A stretch of DNA of 64,000 bases from Poseidonia sp. (lineage in GTDB: Archaea > Thermoplasmatota > Poseidoniia > Poseidoniales > Poseidoniaceae): the NCBI GenBank assembly GCA_030827365.1, contig JAUREO010000002.1, positions 10,928-74,927 of the forward strand, in the 5' to 3' direction. The translations under genes and the position numbers were made by a program. Shown piece after piece: positions 50,241 to 61,400 of this stretch. The notes under the pieces were generated by a model. The model was not told the origin of the DNA. It searched no databases and saw nothing but the letters and a program-made list of their open reading frames with translations. Numbering within the stretch: the first letter of the stretch is position 1; each line of letters starts with the position of its first letter.

Positions 50241-50819
50241 CTACTCAAGGAAGTTCAATTGGCCTGTTGATAGGTCATAGATGCATGTCACGATTTTGAC
50301 TTCACCGTTAGTCACTGCACGGGCGATAATGTCGGAATGTTTGGTCAACCTCTTCGCTGTTTGAATGGTTGAAGATTGCACCGCGTTGGTTGTATCATCT
50401 GCTTGTCCTTCAATGAGATGAGAGATATGCTCAACGAGGTGCAACAGATTTGGTGATTGGGGCGAATGCCCTTCCAAATGTTGCATGGTTGCCCCTATAG
50501 CACCACACATGGTGTGCCCCATAACAACGATGAGTGGGCAATTCAACTGGACAACTGCGAATTCTAAACTTGCAATTTGAGTCTCTGTTGCTATGGCACC
50601 TGCAGTTTTTACGACAAAAATATCACCAAACGACATGTCGAAAATAAAGGCTGGAATGGCTCTTGAATCTGAACACGTCAAAACACTCGCCAATGGATTC
50701 TGTCCCTGAACTTGCGTGCTTGAGGTCGCAGTTTCGAGATTAAAATTCGATTGTTGACTTCCAGTAAGAAACCGCTGGTGGCCATTCATGAGTTGTTCAA
50801 ACGCCTCGTCTGGACTCAT
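50241..50819 (-). CDS. Beta-class carbonic anhydrase
   Basis: CSDSR and GHTMCGA zinc ligands; start moved to ATG 50819 after GGGGAGGG. Confidence 0.92.
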   Translation of the reverse strand: MSPDEAFEQLMNGHQRFLTGSQQSNFNLETATSSTQVQGQNPLASVLTCSDSRAIPAFIFDMSFGDIFVVKTAGAIATETQIASLEFAVVQLNCPLIVVMGHTMCGAIGATMQHLEGHSPQSPNLLHLVEHISHLIEGQADDTTNAVQSSTIQTAKRLTKHSDIIARAVTNGEVKIVTCIYDLSTGQLNFLE

Positions 50820-50877
50820 GCTGGTGCCCTCCCCATCACTTCCTAAAGCAGAGAGTTGAAGAAAATTGAGGATGATT

Positions 50878-51426
50878 CTACTCCTCTTGGGAGAATGTTT
50901 CAGATTGTGTAAATCGTTCAATTCGATGTTTTGCTTTTTCTAAATCGTGATATTCTCCCCCGAGCGGCAGAGGTGCAAATGGACCCCAACCCTTTCGGAG
51001 CAGCATGATTCGAGAACGAGGTTGGCGTTTTGCAAGTTTTAGCCTACCCCATTCATACCGCTGTCCATCTGCAAACAGGTGGGTTGGAGTAATGGCGTAT
51101 CGTTTTGGAATCAAAAGAGAAATAAAATGGAGACCAAGAAGGACATCCCAAGCAATCGCATATCCAACGGGTGTATCAGATACGCTAAGTAACGCCCAAG
51201 GAAGAACCATCATTGCTGCCATTGAAAGTAAATTACCCCACTGACGGGCTAGCTCATGAACGCCTTCGCTTGACCAACTAAAAGATTCATTTGGCAACTC
51301 ACCTAAAATTGGTACATCTGTTCGTTGTTTGGTAAGCCAATATCCATCCCAAAGAACAATGATGGCAAGAACTGCAACACAAGCTGAGGCAACTGCATCT
51401 GTGGTCAATATGGAAATTGGGCTCAC
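50878..51426 (-). CDS. Membrane protein of unknown function (3 TM plus small C-terminal beta domain)
   Basis: Hydrophobic segments; GTG 51426 preceded by GAGGG, just after the upstream gene stop. Confidence 0.6.
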   Translation of the reverse strand: MSPISILTTDAVASACVAVLAIIVLWDGYWLTKQRTDVPILGELPNESFSWSSEGVHELARQWGNLLSMAAMMVLPWALLSVSDTPVGYAIAWDVLLGLHFISLLIPKRYAITPTHLFADGQRYEWGRLKLAKRQPRSRIMLLRKGWGPFAPLPLGGEYHDLEKAKHRIERFTQSETFSQEE

Positions 51427-51439
51427 GTTTTTTCCCTCA

Positions 51440-54400
51440 TCACGGGTTATCAAAAACGTCTCGTTTTTGAAGCGAGGAAAGGTCAAGTGCTTCAGCAGCA
51501 GAACCATCGCCCTTTCTTGCCCTCATCAACAGCAAAGCCACAAGAACGATGAGAAGAATTGCTGCGAGGAGTGTTAAACTTAGATTGTCTTCACTCTTGT
51601 CATTATCTTGACTTTCAAGGACATCAGGAATGCCATTTCCATCATCATCATCATCTTCGGTGAGTAATGTCGTTGCCCCTACTGGGCAATCGATGGTATC
51701 GGGTTGTCCGTCGCCATCAGTATCGAATGCTGCACAGGGATCGAGGGGGAAGTCGTCTTTTTCATCTGAAACTCCGTCGTCATCATCGTCCCCATCGTAA
51801 ACATCTGGCCCACACGACCGGCCATTTGCCGCATCAAACCATGTTGCTGCATCGCAAGATGATAGCCAATCTCTGTCCGTATCGAGAAGCGTAACTTCAA
51901 AGTCAACGCTCTTCGATGTGGTACTGCCAAGCGAATCAGATACTTCTACCACGAGAATATAGTACCCTGCTGAAAGGCCAGTCAAATGGTTTGTACTCGT
52001 GCCTTCCTGATCGTACACCTCAGTGCCTTGAGAATCCTCGACTGACCAACGAATGGTCAAGTCATCCACTTCATCAAGATCATCGCTTACCGTTATTTCG
52101 CCATGCAAAGACTCGGTTTCCATAATTCGTTGGCCAGGATAAGGCGACACAACGGTGACCACTGGTGCTTGATTTGGGGTGAGTGAAAGAATGATGATGT
52201 TCTCTTCCAATTCTTGAGGATTGAAGGTTGCTTCTTCGCTCGGATGACCTTCAGCTTTCGCTATGATTGAAATGGATGACACAATTTGGTCTTCTGTTTC
52301 GGTGTACTTTTGAACAAGCAATTCAATTGAAAGTCCTACACCATTAGCCTGCATAGTTTCATCGGTCAAACCATCAATTGACCATGTCATCATAGCAGGA
52401 ATGGGAGTTCCATCAAGCTGTGCCTCGACCAAGAACGTACTGAAGACCTCGACTTCTGCGCCTTCGGAGAGTGAGGTGGTTTCTATCTCGCTATCGAGAA
52501 TGGATAAATGAGAATGATAGGCTTGCACATCTCCTTCAATCGTCACATCTTCAATTCGAAGGTTGTACCGATCGGTTGCAATGGCAGTGCTTGCTGAAAT
52601 TGACACATCTCGCAAGAGCGCCGTAGCAGAATTTCCTTGTTCATCTTCATGGAATGAAATTCCAATAGCGTAGTTTTCTACCGTCGCATCAATCAATCGT
52701 ATGGACGAAGAAAATTTTCCATGTTCTACGTCAATTCCGGTTCCAACGCCTGAACCTGTTGCTTGAATGGAAGAGAGAAGCCCAGCAGATTCAATGATTT
52801 CAAGAGCTGGTGAACCTGTCAACATGAGGTCATGAATTTCAAATCCAACGCTCTCGTCAATTCGAATGACAGGGCCATTTGTTGATGTCGCATCAATATT
52901 TGAGAGGTGCATCGATTCATCAATTCCGTAAACCTCGATAAATGGAGATGAACCAGCGAAATCGTCAGTTTCAACATACGAAAGAGAACCTGCACTCGCC
53001 AAGAGTTGAATGCCTCTCGACATCGTACCTTCGAAATGAATGTTGGAGATATCAATTTCAGTCTGTTGAACAGACAATCCCACATCACCACAATCGGTCA
53101 TTGTCACATCGGTCATTCGAATCATAGCATTTGATGGATAGGCCATAACACAGGCAAGTCCTGCATTTGAAAATGAAGAATTGGTTATTTCAACTTGTGC
53201 TGAACTTCCCGATGCCACCACCATGAGGGATTCTGCACCAGAACGGGCGAATGTCGCACCGTTGGCGATGAGGGTACCCGATCCACCACCGACATGTATG
53301 GCCGGTGAAGTTTCAACAATCGAAGTACCTGTCAATTCAATGAGAGAACCAGCGGCAGTTCCTGTTTCAAGTCCACCCCAAGGGACACCGCCCCCTGTTG
53401 AAGACAGCATGGCTTGGCCAGCATCGAGTTGTCCATTGACAGTAATCGAAGCATCCGATGCAATTCGCAATTCAACACCATCGTTGATGGTAAGAATACC
53501 CGACATACCGATAGTAAGAGAATCAGTGAGGACATAAGGGCTCCATCGCTTTTCAAGGACGAGCCAATCGTTGAGTACACCTGTTGGTACTGTTGAAACC
53601 ATGAACGTATGGTCCAGTGAAGCATTGGTCTCCCATGAAATAAAATCGTTAAACGAACCATATTGCAAGGTAATGACTTTTCGGCCACCCCAAACTTCAC
53701 TCATCTCATCAACCACTCGAGCATTCAAAAAAGCGGTGACTTGACCAAACTCATCGGTTTGAGATGTCGCACCATCGATGGAAATAATCGCACCAGAAAT
53801 CGGTGTTCCTTTATCGAGTACGGTGACAAACAGGGATGACTTTAACGTAATTTTTGCACCTGTCCACGCTGTAATTTCTCCATCCACAAAACCATTCAAA
53901 AGGTCAATTTCACAATTGGGCTGAAGGGTCATGTGCCCTATGATGAACAACGATTCTGTTTGGCGCTTGCTCAAGCATGACCAGGTTACATCACCAACAA
54001 TATCGAACGGGCCATTTGACCCAGACACAAACGAGGAGGCCCCTAAACTCAACAAATCTGTTGTTAGCACAGCATGGGTTCCATACAATGTTCCACTACC
54101 TTCGATTTGTACACTAGAGCCGGATGGAACGATGACTTCAGTATTCACAAGGGTCAACTGGGCATTGGTTTGAATGGTTAAATCGCCTCCAAGCACATGG
54201 GCTTGTCCATCAGGTCTTGGTCCGAGAACAACCGATTGCCCACTTGAAATTGTCCAAGAACCTTGAGGAATGACTGGAACTTGAACACTTTGTCCACTCT
54301 GTCCACCATACAATGTTGTACGAACACCTGCACCAAAGTATGTCACATCTGCAACCGAGCCGGAACTCACCAAAGGCAGGTTTGCAGCCCCATTGCTGTT

Positions 54401-56131
54401 GCTCGTCATTTCAAAACCATGAACGACGATGTTTGCTTCGATGGGTGAACTGACCAAATCGGTGAATGTTATTGGAGTTTCAATCAATTGGTACGACGCA
54501 GTCGTTGAAATGGTGGGATTGAGATTTGAGCCGTAGTACAATGTACCATCACCGAGCGCATCGGCTGAATTTGGTGCAGTATTGATCGGTTTGAAAAATC
54601 GGATATTTGCTAAAGCACCGTTTTCAAGCAATAATGGTGTCTGATGCAATTCAGCAGTCCAATTTTCAATTTGAAGAGGGGCAGTTCCTTCAAATTCAAC
54701 TCCAGTGTCAGAGGATTGGGTGGTTAATTCTTGAATTTTAAGTCTTGAATTTTCAGCGTCGATTCCAACATCAACACCCTGTTTGACCGAAAGTTGTTGA
54801 CTATCCATCGTCGTGGAATCGACAACGAGTCCGGTACTCCAACCGCTGAAATCGAGGGATGTTGCCGACATGATGCTGTACCAGATGTACATGCCAGTCG
54901 ATGAATGGTCTTGAGAAGAATAAGGTTTCATGATGGTCGCACCATCCCAATCATGGATTCCTTGAACAAGGGATATCGCTCTGGAATTCGATGTGAGATT
55001 GAAAAATGAGTCTTGTACGATCGTCGTAGCACCCTGAGAGTCGAGTGCTGATTCTGTGGCTTCGATTGATGATTGTGATAGTGTCAAGGTGCCCGTACCA
55101 ACGATATCAATACCGCGAACTGCATTGCTAATGTCGAGTGCATCAAACTGAAACGGTCCATTTCCTGTCAATTGTATTGCTTTGGAAACATTGGTCATCG
55201 ACAGTTCACTAAAATCACAAGCTGAGGTACAACGAACATCCATAGCATATCGTTGTTCGGTTGTTGAGCCAGAAAACAACGCATCGTCTACAACGATTGA
55301 TTGTGCACCTGAAGCAAACAAAAATCGTTGGCCCTCAAACGCTCCTCGGTGGATTTCAATGTCATCAGAATCTCCTGCATCAATCGATAGCACCGTATCA
55401 AAACTCACAGAATCGTTCACTCGCATTTGCACCCCAGATTGACTGACATATCCAATCGTGGAATTGTAAACGCCCGATTGGTCGATGTCCAACACACCAG
55501 AAATGCCTTTGAATCCAATTCCAGCTTCGTGAATAGCAAGATTGGAAATTGAGGATTGCCCCTCGGATTGAACACCAATACTTACAGCAGAAAATGTTCC
55601 TTGGTCCAATGAAAGCATTCCAGAGGATTCGATGCGAACACCATCGAAATCCATGTATTCAATTTCAACTGAAGTTGCGGACACCGATCCGCCATCAATT
55701 CGGATTCCAATGTACGAATGATTCAAGTGAATGCTATCAAGTTGAGCAGTTCCTTCGACATACAATGCAGATTCAGCATTTGAAATTTGTATGTCATTCA
55801 GAAAGACCGAGCCACCTGGGGCAACATGTATGCCCGGCCACATACCTTGGCCTTGAGAACCGCCAGTCAGTGGGGGTTCAGATGAAAAAAATGTTGTGTT
55901 CGATGCTCGAAGTACGCCTTCAACAAGAATAGAATATGTCTTCGCATCGACGGTTGAAAAATCTTCGATGGTGAGTGTTGCTCCTGACGTAATTGTGAGG
56001 TTTCCTTGCATGGTATAATCATCTGCAGGCCAAGTCGTTGTGGTTGACACTGTTGTGTCTGCCGCTTGGATGGTCATCACAAAAATTGCTGACAGCATGA
56101 GGCCTGAGAGAAAAAGTGCATACCTTCTCAT
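51440..56131 (-). CDS. Large surface protein: parallel beta-helix (pectin-lyase-like) regions, Ig/PKD-like domain, TSP3-like Asp-rich repeats, C-terminal TM
   Basis: Signal peptide from ATG 56131; GNLTITSGATLTI and WPGI/WGGL motifs; DDDDDGVSDEKDDFPLDP...DTDGDG. Confidence 0.85.
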   Translation of the reverse strand: MRRYALFLSGLMLSAIFVMTIQAADTTVSTTTTWPADDYTMQGNLTITSGATLTIEDFSTVDAKTYSILVEGVLRASNTTFFSSEPPLTGGSQGQGMWPGIHVAPGGSVFLNDIQISNAESALYVEGTAQLDSIHLNHSYIGIRIDGGSVSATSVEIEYMDFDGVRIESSGMLSLDQGTFSAVSIGVQSEGQSSISNLAIHEAGIGFKGISGVLDIDQSGVYNSTIGYVSQSGVQMRVNDSVSFDTVLSIDAGDSDDIEIHRGAFEGQRFLFASGAQSIVVDDALFSGSTTEQRYAMDVRCTSACDFSELSMTNVSKAIQLTGNGPFQFDALDISNAVRGIDIVGTGTLTLSQSSIEATESALDSQGATTIVQDSFFNLTSNSRAISLVQGIHDWDGATIMKPYSSQDHSSTGMYIWYSIMSATSLDFSGWSTGLVVDSTTMDSQQLSVKQGVDVGIDAENSRLKIQELTTQSSDTGVEFEGTAPLQIENWTAELHQTPLLLENGALANIRFFKPINTAPNSADALGDGTLYYGSNLNPTISTTASYQLIETPITFTDLVSSPIEANIVVHGFEMTSNSNGAANLPLVSSGSVADVTYFGAGVRTTLYGGQSGQSVQVPVIPQGSWTISSGQSVVLGPRPDGQAHVLGGDLTIQTNAQLTLVNTEVIVPSGSSVQIEGSGTLYGTHAVLTTDLLSLGASSFVSGSNGPFDIVGDVTWSCLSKRQTESLFIIGHMTLQPNCEIDLLNGFVDGEITAWTGAKITLKSSLFVTVLDKGTPISGAIISIDGATSQTDEFGQVTAFLNARVVDEMSEVWGGRKVITLQYGSFNDFISWETNASLDHTFMVSTVPTGVLNDWLVLEKRWSPYVLTDSLTIGMSGILTINDGVELRIASDASITVNGQLDAGQAMLSSTGGGVPWGGLETGTAAGSLIELTGTSIVETSPAIHVGGGSGTLIANGATFARSGAESLMVVASGSSAQVEITNSSFSNAGLACVMAYPSNAMIRMTDVTMTDCGDVGLSVQQTEIDISNIHFEGTMSRGIQLLASAGSLSYVETDDFAGSSPFIEVYGIDESMHLSNIDATSTNGPVIRIDESVGFEIHDLMLTGSPALEIIESAGLLSSIQATGSGVGTGIDVEHGKFSSSIRLIDATVENYAIGISFHEDEQGNSATALLRDVSISASTAIATDRYNLRIEDVTIEGDVQAYHSHLSILDSEIETTSLSEGAEVEVFSTFLVEAQLDGTPIPAMMTWSIDGLTDETMQANGVGLSIELLVQKYTETEDQIVSSISIIAKAEGHPSEEATFNPQELEENIIILSLTPNQAPVVTVVSPYPGQRIMETESLHGEITVSDDLDEVDDLTIRWSVEDSQGTEVYDQEGTSTNHLTGLSAGYYILVVEVSDSLGSTTSKSVDFEVTLLDTDRDWLSSCDAATWFDAANGRSCGPDVYDGDDDDDGVSDEKDDFPLDPCAAFDTDGDGQPDTIDCPVGATTLLTEDDDDDGNGIPDVLESQDNDKSEDNLSLTLLAAILLIVLVALLLMRARKGDGSAAEALDLSSLQKRDVFDNP

Positions 56132-56221
56132 GACAAGTTGTAGTCCCTTGTCCTTATCAAATTGAGGTCTTAGAGTCTTCAATCGAGGTCGACTTGTGGA
56201 AACTTGACGCAATTGTGGAAG

Positions 56222-56296
56222 TGGGCCCGCCCGGATTTGAACCGGGGTCTGACGGCCCCCAGCCGCCAAGTATAGGCCAAGCTAACCCACGGGCCC
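56222..56296 (-). tRNA. tRNA-Pro(GGG)
   Basis: Acceptor GGGCCCG/CGGGCCC-A, anticodon arm GGCGG-CTGGGGG-CCGTC, T loop GGTTCAAATCC; lies directly after rpoN as in many archaea. Confidence 0.95.
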
Positions 56297-56307
56297 GAAT
56301 GTTAATC

Positions 56308-56511
56308 TTACAAACGTGCTGCACTGAAAGGTGCAACCTCAGTAATGAGGTCGATGTGACCAACATACATTCGGCGGCAACAATATCGCTTCAAACCGAT
56401 TCCGTCGAGTGCTTCTGCGACTTCTTTTCCTGCCGCAACAAGTTCGTTGAATTCTTCCCATTTGTGAGCAATAACGCCACCACAACTGAAACATCGTACT
56501 GGTATAATCAT
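56308..56511 (-). CDS. rpoN: DNA-directed RNA polymerase subunit N (Rpo10)
   Basis: MIIPVRCFSCG...RYCCRRM. Confidence 0.98.
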   Translation of the reverse strand: MIIPVRCFSCGGVIAHKWEEFNELVAAGKEVAEALDGIGLKRYCCRRMYVGHIDLITEVAPFSAARL

Positions 56512-56520
56512 GCAATCGCC

Positions 56521-56955
56521 TCATCGGTAGGACTTTTGTTTCTTGCGGCGAGCACCGCGTCCAAGTTGGTGCTTCGGTTCTTTGCGTCGTGGGTCGTTGA
56601 CAAGGAGGCTACGGTCGAATCGAAGATATTCGTCTCGTAGGTCTTCATCAACGCCTTCTGCACCACCGTTGTAGTGCACAAGACCACGTGCAATTGCGGT
56701 TCGAATAGCATCTGTTTGACCCATGATTCCACCGCCTGAAGTGACGACACTAATATCCACTTTACCAAGTCGATTCATGGCATCAGCGATGATGAGTGGT
56801 TCCATGGTCTTTCGTCGTGCAAGTTCAGGTTGCATAATCTCAACCGGTTCGGAATTGATTCGAACGCGGCCTTGACCTGGCTTCACAGTTGCACGGGCAA
56901 CAGCGGTCTTTCGCTTTCCTGACATCTCAACGGACTTCTTTTTCTTAGCCATCAT
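56521..56955 (-). CDS. rps9: 30S ribosomal protein S9
   Basis: [30 protein letters not shown]. Confidence 0.98.
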   Translation of the reverse strand: MMAKKKKSVEMSGKRKTAVARATVKPGQGRVRINSEPVEIMQPELARRKTMEPLIIADAMNRLGKVDISVVTSGGGIMGQTDAIRTAIARGLVHYNGGAEGVDEDLRDEYLRFDRSLLVNDPRRKEPKHQLGRGARRKKQKSYR

Positions 56956-57437
56956 GCTTCACCTCCGTTCCATCGGTGTGAAGGAGCGCCAAGATGTTGA
57001 CTGACTTCACCGAGTAAGACGAATCGCTCTGGGTTTTTCCCTCGAATAGCTGAATCATCGCCACTTGTATGACCTGCTGGAAGGTCACCAGCCAAATGAC
57101 TTGGGCATCCGATTTCAACACGTAGGTTTCGGAGGGCTCTGCGACCGCTGCTCTTCTTTTGGTATGGCAACATACCTCGAACAGCACGCTTGAAAATCAT
57201 GTCAGGCATTCTTGGGAAGTATGGTCCCTTTCGTGCATGGTTAAGTTCATACTTTTCTTGGTATCGGGAGAAAACAGCGGTTGAGCGTCCTGAAATCATT
57301 GCCTTTTCAGCATTGATAACAACCACTTTGTCATCTCTGTCTTCTCTTGCAGCCTTGAGGAGGATTTCAGCCACAGTGGACGCTAATCGTCCCATGACAA
57401 CTCCTTCGGCATTGAATACATAAGTTGTTTCAGCCAA
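56952..57437 (-). CDS. rpl13: 50S ribosomal protein L13
   Basis: [25 protein letters not shown]; probable TTG start at 57437 overlapping the rpl18e stop. Confidence 0.95.
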   Translation of the reverse strand: MAETTYVFNAEGVVMGRLASTVAEILLKAAREDRDDKVVVINAEKAMISGRSTAVFSRYQEKYELNHARKGPYFPRMPDMIFKRAVRGMLPYQKKSSGRRALRNLRVEIGCPSHLAGDLPAGHTSGDDSAIRGKNPERFVLLGEVSQHLGAPSHRWNGGEA

Positions 57438-57795
57438 GGATAACCACCCCCGATCCTGTTGGGTTTTCATTCATTAGTTCACTATAGGTTAAACATCGAC
57501 CACCAGCGGCCTCAATCTTTTCACGTGCACCTGAACTTACACTGTAGGCGGCGATGGTATGGCTTTTGGTGACCTCACCTGACCCAAGGAGTTTGCCTGG
57601 AACGACCACGACTGAACCGTCGGGTGCGTATCTGCTTACTCTGCTTAGGTTTGGTTGCGCCCAATTCTTTCGACTCTTTTGGAGACGAACTGCCACATCT
57701 CGCCAAACAGCAGAACCGGTTTCACGAGACTGTGCCTTTAACTGATCGATAACCTCAACCAATTGCGCATTTGTCTTTCGTTCTGGGTTGCTCAT
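57430..57795 (-). CDS. rpl18e: 50S ribosomal protein L18e
   Basis: NLSRVSRY, VVVPGKLLGSG, AREKIEAAGG, NPTG. Confidence 0.95.
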   Translation of the reverse strand: MSNPERKTNAQLVEVIDQLKAQSRETGSAVWRDVAVRLQKSRKNWAQPNLSRVSRYAPDGSVVVVPGKLLGSGEVTKSHTIAAYSVSSGAREKIEAAGGRCLTYSELMNENPTGSGVVILG

Positions 57796-57888
57796 TTGAC
57801 TCCCTCGATGCTAGAAGCATGTCGCCGACCCCACTACCCATTAAGAAGTCACCGACGCGAAGAAGCGCTCTTTTTTATTGAAATACGC

Positions 57889-58335
57889 TTACTCGGGGAG
57901 ATATACTTCGCCCTTTGCATCAAGAATTTCAATGGCCAAATCTGACTTATTTGCTTCCTTGAGAATTTCATCGTGGACTTGGTCAGAGAAGTCATCAAGG
58001 GCTTCAAGTGAAGTGATTCCGCCAAATTCTTTGAGTTCGTCAATGAGATGATTCAAGACACAACTTACGCCATATGCATGGCCGACCCTAAAGGTATGGT
58101 CTACTTCTCCAGGCTCCATATCTTCAACTCTAAGTTGCAAAAGAACCGAATTCGAATACGAAAAGACGGCCCCGTAAATTGCCTCAATAATCTGTGCTGC
58201 TTCAAAGTCACCAAGTAACGATTGTGCTTCTGCAAGAGCGTGTCGGCTCGCTTCCTGATACTTGTTGTATGCTTGCAAGACATCTTGATTCTCAAGTTCC
58301 ATCGCTGATCCTACCATTGATTTCCAGTCATCCAT
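57889..58335 (-). CDS. Hypothetical all-helical protein
   Basis: Acidic helical ORF; start moved to ATG 58335 (TTGAAA 30 nt upstream). Confidence 0.6.
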   Translation of the reverse strand: MDDWKSMVGSAMELENQDVLQAYNKYQEASRHALAEAQSLLGDFEAAQIIEAIYGAVFSYSNSVLLQLRVEDMEPGEVDHTFRVGHAYGVSCVLNHLIDELKEFGGITSLEALDDFSDQVHDEILKEANKSDLAIEILDAKGEVYLPE

Positions 58336-58413
58336 GGTCAGCGGACAAAAGTTCCACTCTTTCAATGTTCGGCATGGAGATTCACAAAGGAATCTTAACC
58401 TGCGGTTTCAAAC

Positions 58414-61400
58414 TTAGATTGAGAAATCTGAGCCTTCGCCTTCTTGTTCACCAGCAAATCGCACGGAACCATCAGCTGCAACGAATTCGCCTGCTTTGGT
58501 TTGCTTTTCATACAATCCAATGCCATCGAATCGTTTGATTTGTCCTTCTTCACCAAGCGATCGGGTCAACGAAGTGGTGATGGTTGAAAGTGTTTCAACC
58601 GCTCTATCTCGATGGCTTGCATCGATGGTATGTTCGGAATATCGTGCTTCTTCGAAGATGGATAGGAAGGCATCCATTTGGTCTCCTGGCACCATGCCGA
58701 ATGCGGAGCGAACTGCAGCCTCGAATTCACGAGCAGTTTCGTACACCTTCTTCATGAAGCCATATTTCTTGAAGTGCTTGACAAGGTTCTTGTAGCAATC
58801 GAAAATGACAGCAATGTATTCGTTGCTGGCACGCAATTCAATGATTGCATCGGTAAGGATACCGTGAAGCGCCTGTACTTGACGACGTTCTTGAACTCGT
58901 TGATAGTACATCAATCCTGCAATCAACAAAGCCATGAGGATGATTGACATTGCAAGTAAATTACCCGGGCTAAAGAAATTGCTTTGTGCCGATACACTAT
59001 CTGCTTCTCTCCAATGAATTTCATGGGTGATGTTATCTTGAGATGGGGCGAAATAGGTTGAACCTGGATAATACGCAGTGATTCTCCAAAGTCCAATACA
59101 CTCTTCTCCGTCGCAGGTTTGTCCCGTAAACATCCAAGTGAAATCAGCAAGCCCTTGCTCATTGGTTCTCGACTTGTTGTTTGTGTTCGAAAGAATCCAT
59201 TGGTTGGTTGCGGAGTCGAAATATTCGTAGGCAAAGATGATTTCTTCATTTTCAACTGCGAGGTCAATTCGGTCTCGCAGTAACGCGACTTCACCAAAGA
59301 CTGGTGTACCTTCATCAATACCATTTGCTCCTGCATTACTCCATGTAGTCTTGACTTGGAGGTCAACTCTTGAACGAACGAGCACAGTAAGTTCCATCGC
59401 TGAACCATTGAGGGAATTTGAACTGTCTTTATCACAACCACCGGGAACGTTCACATCCGGCTCAAACGCTACACGTAGAGTTCTGAAACCTTCCAGTTTA
59501 CCACCAGTGGTTTCAACACCACGAAGTGTTGGGTTTTGGGATGGGTCCCCACTAAACCAAGTAATAGTTCCATCGAGGTCACTTGTTCGAATGGTAGCAA
59601 TTGGTCGAATATTTTCAAGTGGGTCGAGGTAAATATTGAGACACTTTCCTCCCACTGCTTGACCGTTGGTTTGAGCAAGGAATGCTTCCACGTGGAAAGA
59701 TTCTTTGAGGTAAAGCACTGGGTATCTTGAGCCATTTTCTGCGACATACTCATCGACACTTGACTTGAATGGTCCTACTTCTGTGATTTGAAGGGTTGAG
59801 TTTGAGAACACATCAAATTCGGTTTGAACTGTCTTGTTCTCGTACCTGTACGCATCGTTATTGTCGTATGAGGAATACACGACGGTTACCTTTGCCTTTC
59901 CAGCCATGACGTCTGAAAGTGGACAAAAGATTGAGAAGTACCCGTTCGGGTCAGTCATACCTGATTGACAGGCAACTGGGCCTGATTGACTGTTGATCAT
60001 CTCGTAATTTACACGAATCATTCTGTTGGTCAAGTTTGTTCCCAATTCATCTCGGAGTTGTCCCGTCACAATCATTGGCTTTGGCACAACTTCGCCAGTC
60101 ATTGGGTCGACTTCGCTCGTGTAGACGATTTGGTCGTCAACCGTCATGAGCGTTCGGCCAATGAGTGAAAATCCGTTTGCGTTGTGTGTCATCGTCAATC
60201 GGAAATGGTCGTTCCCAGGGATGCTCGTACATGGATCCCATGCACCTTGGATACCAAGGTAAGAGACATCGAGTTCTCGACATCCTTCGTTTGGAAGAGT
60301 TTCTTGGAACCTCAAAATCACATTCACAGGACCAAAGCCATCAGGAAGGAATGATTCGGGGTCGTCGCGTAGCAATTGTGGGTTGAGTGGGCTGATATTT
60401 GCCTTCATACAACCGATGGTTTCCTGAGGGTCAAGCACATTGTTACCGTTGGTATCTCGATCGGGAACTCCATCGCCATTTCCGTCATAATAACATAGGT
60501 GCGAGTTATCTGCTTGAGGTTCAGGTAGGGAAATCAATCCGGCAGCTGGTGCAAGTGTTGCAACAACTTGTCGGTGAGAGACACCATCGAAATCCTTGCC
60601 CTCGAAGATGACATCGACAAGGCCACCGTTTGGAGGTGATGAACCAGTGAGTGCTGAACCTCCAGAATCGCGTTCTATGGTCTTATTATCATCCGTGACC
60701 TGGGCAGTGAAATCCCATTTATCACCTGAACGTCGTAAATTCGGGTCGGAAGAAATCACTTGCATATAGGTTCTTGAAACAACCCAAACCGATTGAGTAG
60801 CGGCATTTCCTTTGAGCAGACTTGTTCCTGCATATTCAAATTGTAGCGTAAAGTTACCCAATTGGTCATTTGCCTTGACTTGGAAAGGAATTTCAAAGAA
60901 TCCGTTATCATCAGTGTAGTTCACACCGCTTCTACCGTCAAATGACCATGTCCAATTGATTGGGGCACTGCGTACTGGTTGAAGTGAGTTATCGACGAGT
61001 TTTGCTTGGATGCTCGTGTTAGTGTTTCGATACAATCGGGGCAACGAAGTGGTCAAGAAACTGGTTGTTCCAACCACGGTCACGTTGATGTACGCACCTG
61101 TTGGTGCAAGTGTTGAAGAGTTTCCAGTGAAATAGTATGCCGAATTCGTAAAGTCAACACGCATTCCATAGGTTCCTGCAGAGTATTGGCTGTACCAAGA
61201 CCAGTTGTAATCGTAGCGTGCTTCACCATTGACCATCTTTGGCGTTTGAGTGTATGCTGTTTCTCCAGCACCAAGGAACTGTCCGTTCTTGTCAGTATCA
61301 ACCTGCAATGCAATCGGGTCTTTGACCCAAGGTTGGTTGGTTCTGTTTGAAACTGAACCTATCACTTGAAGCGATTCGCCAGTGTTCATCTCAGGAACAA

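Noticed and set aside
56157-56640. ORFs 56157-56366 (-), 56194-56640 (+) and the N-terminal extension of 51440-56269
   Set aside because: They overlap tRNA-Pro, rpoN or rps9; the real surface-protein start with a signal peptide is ATG 56131
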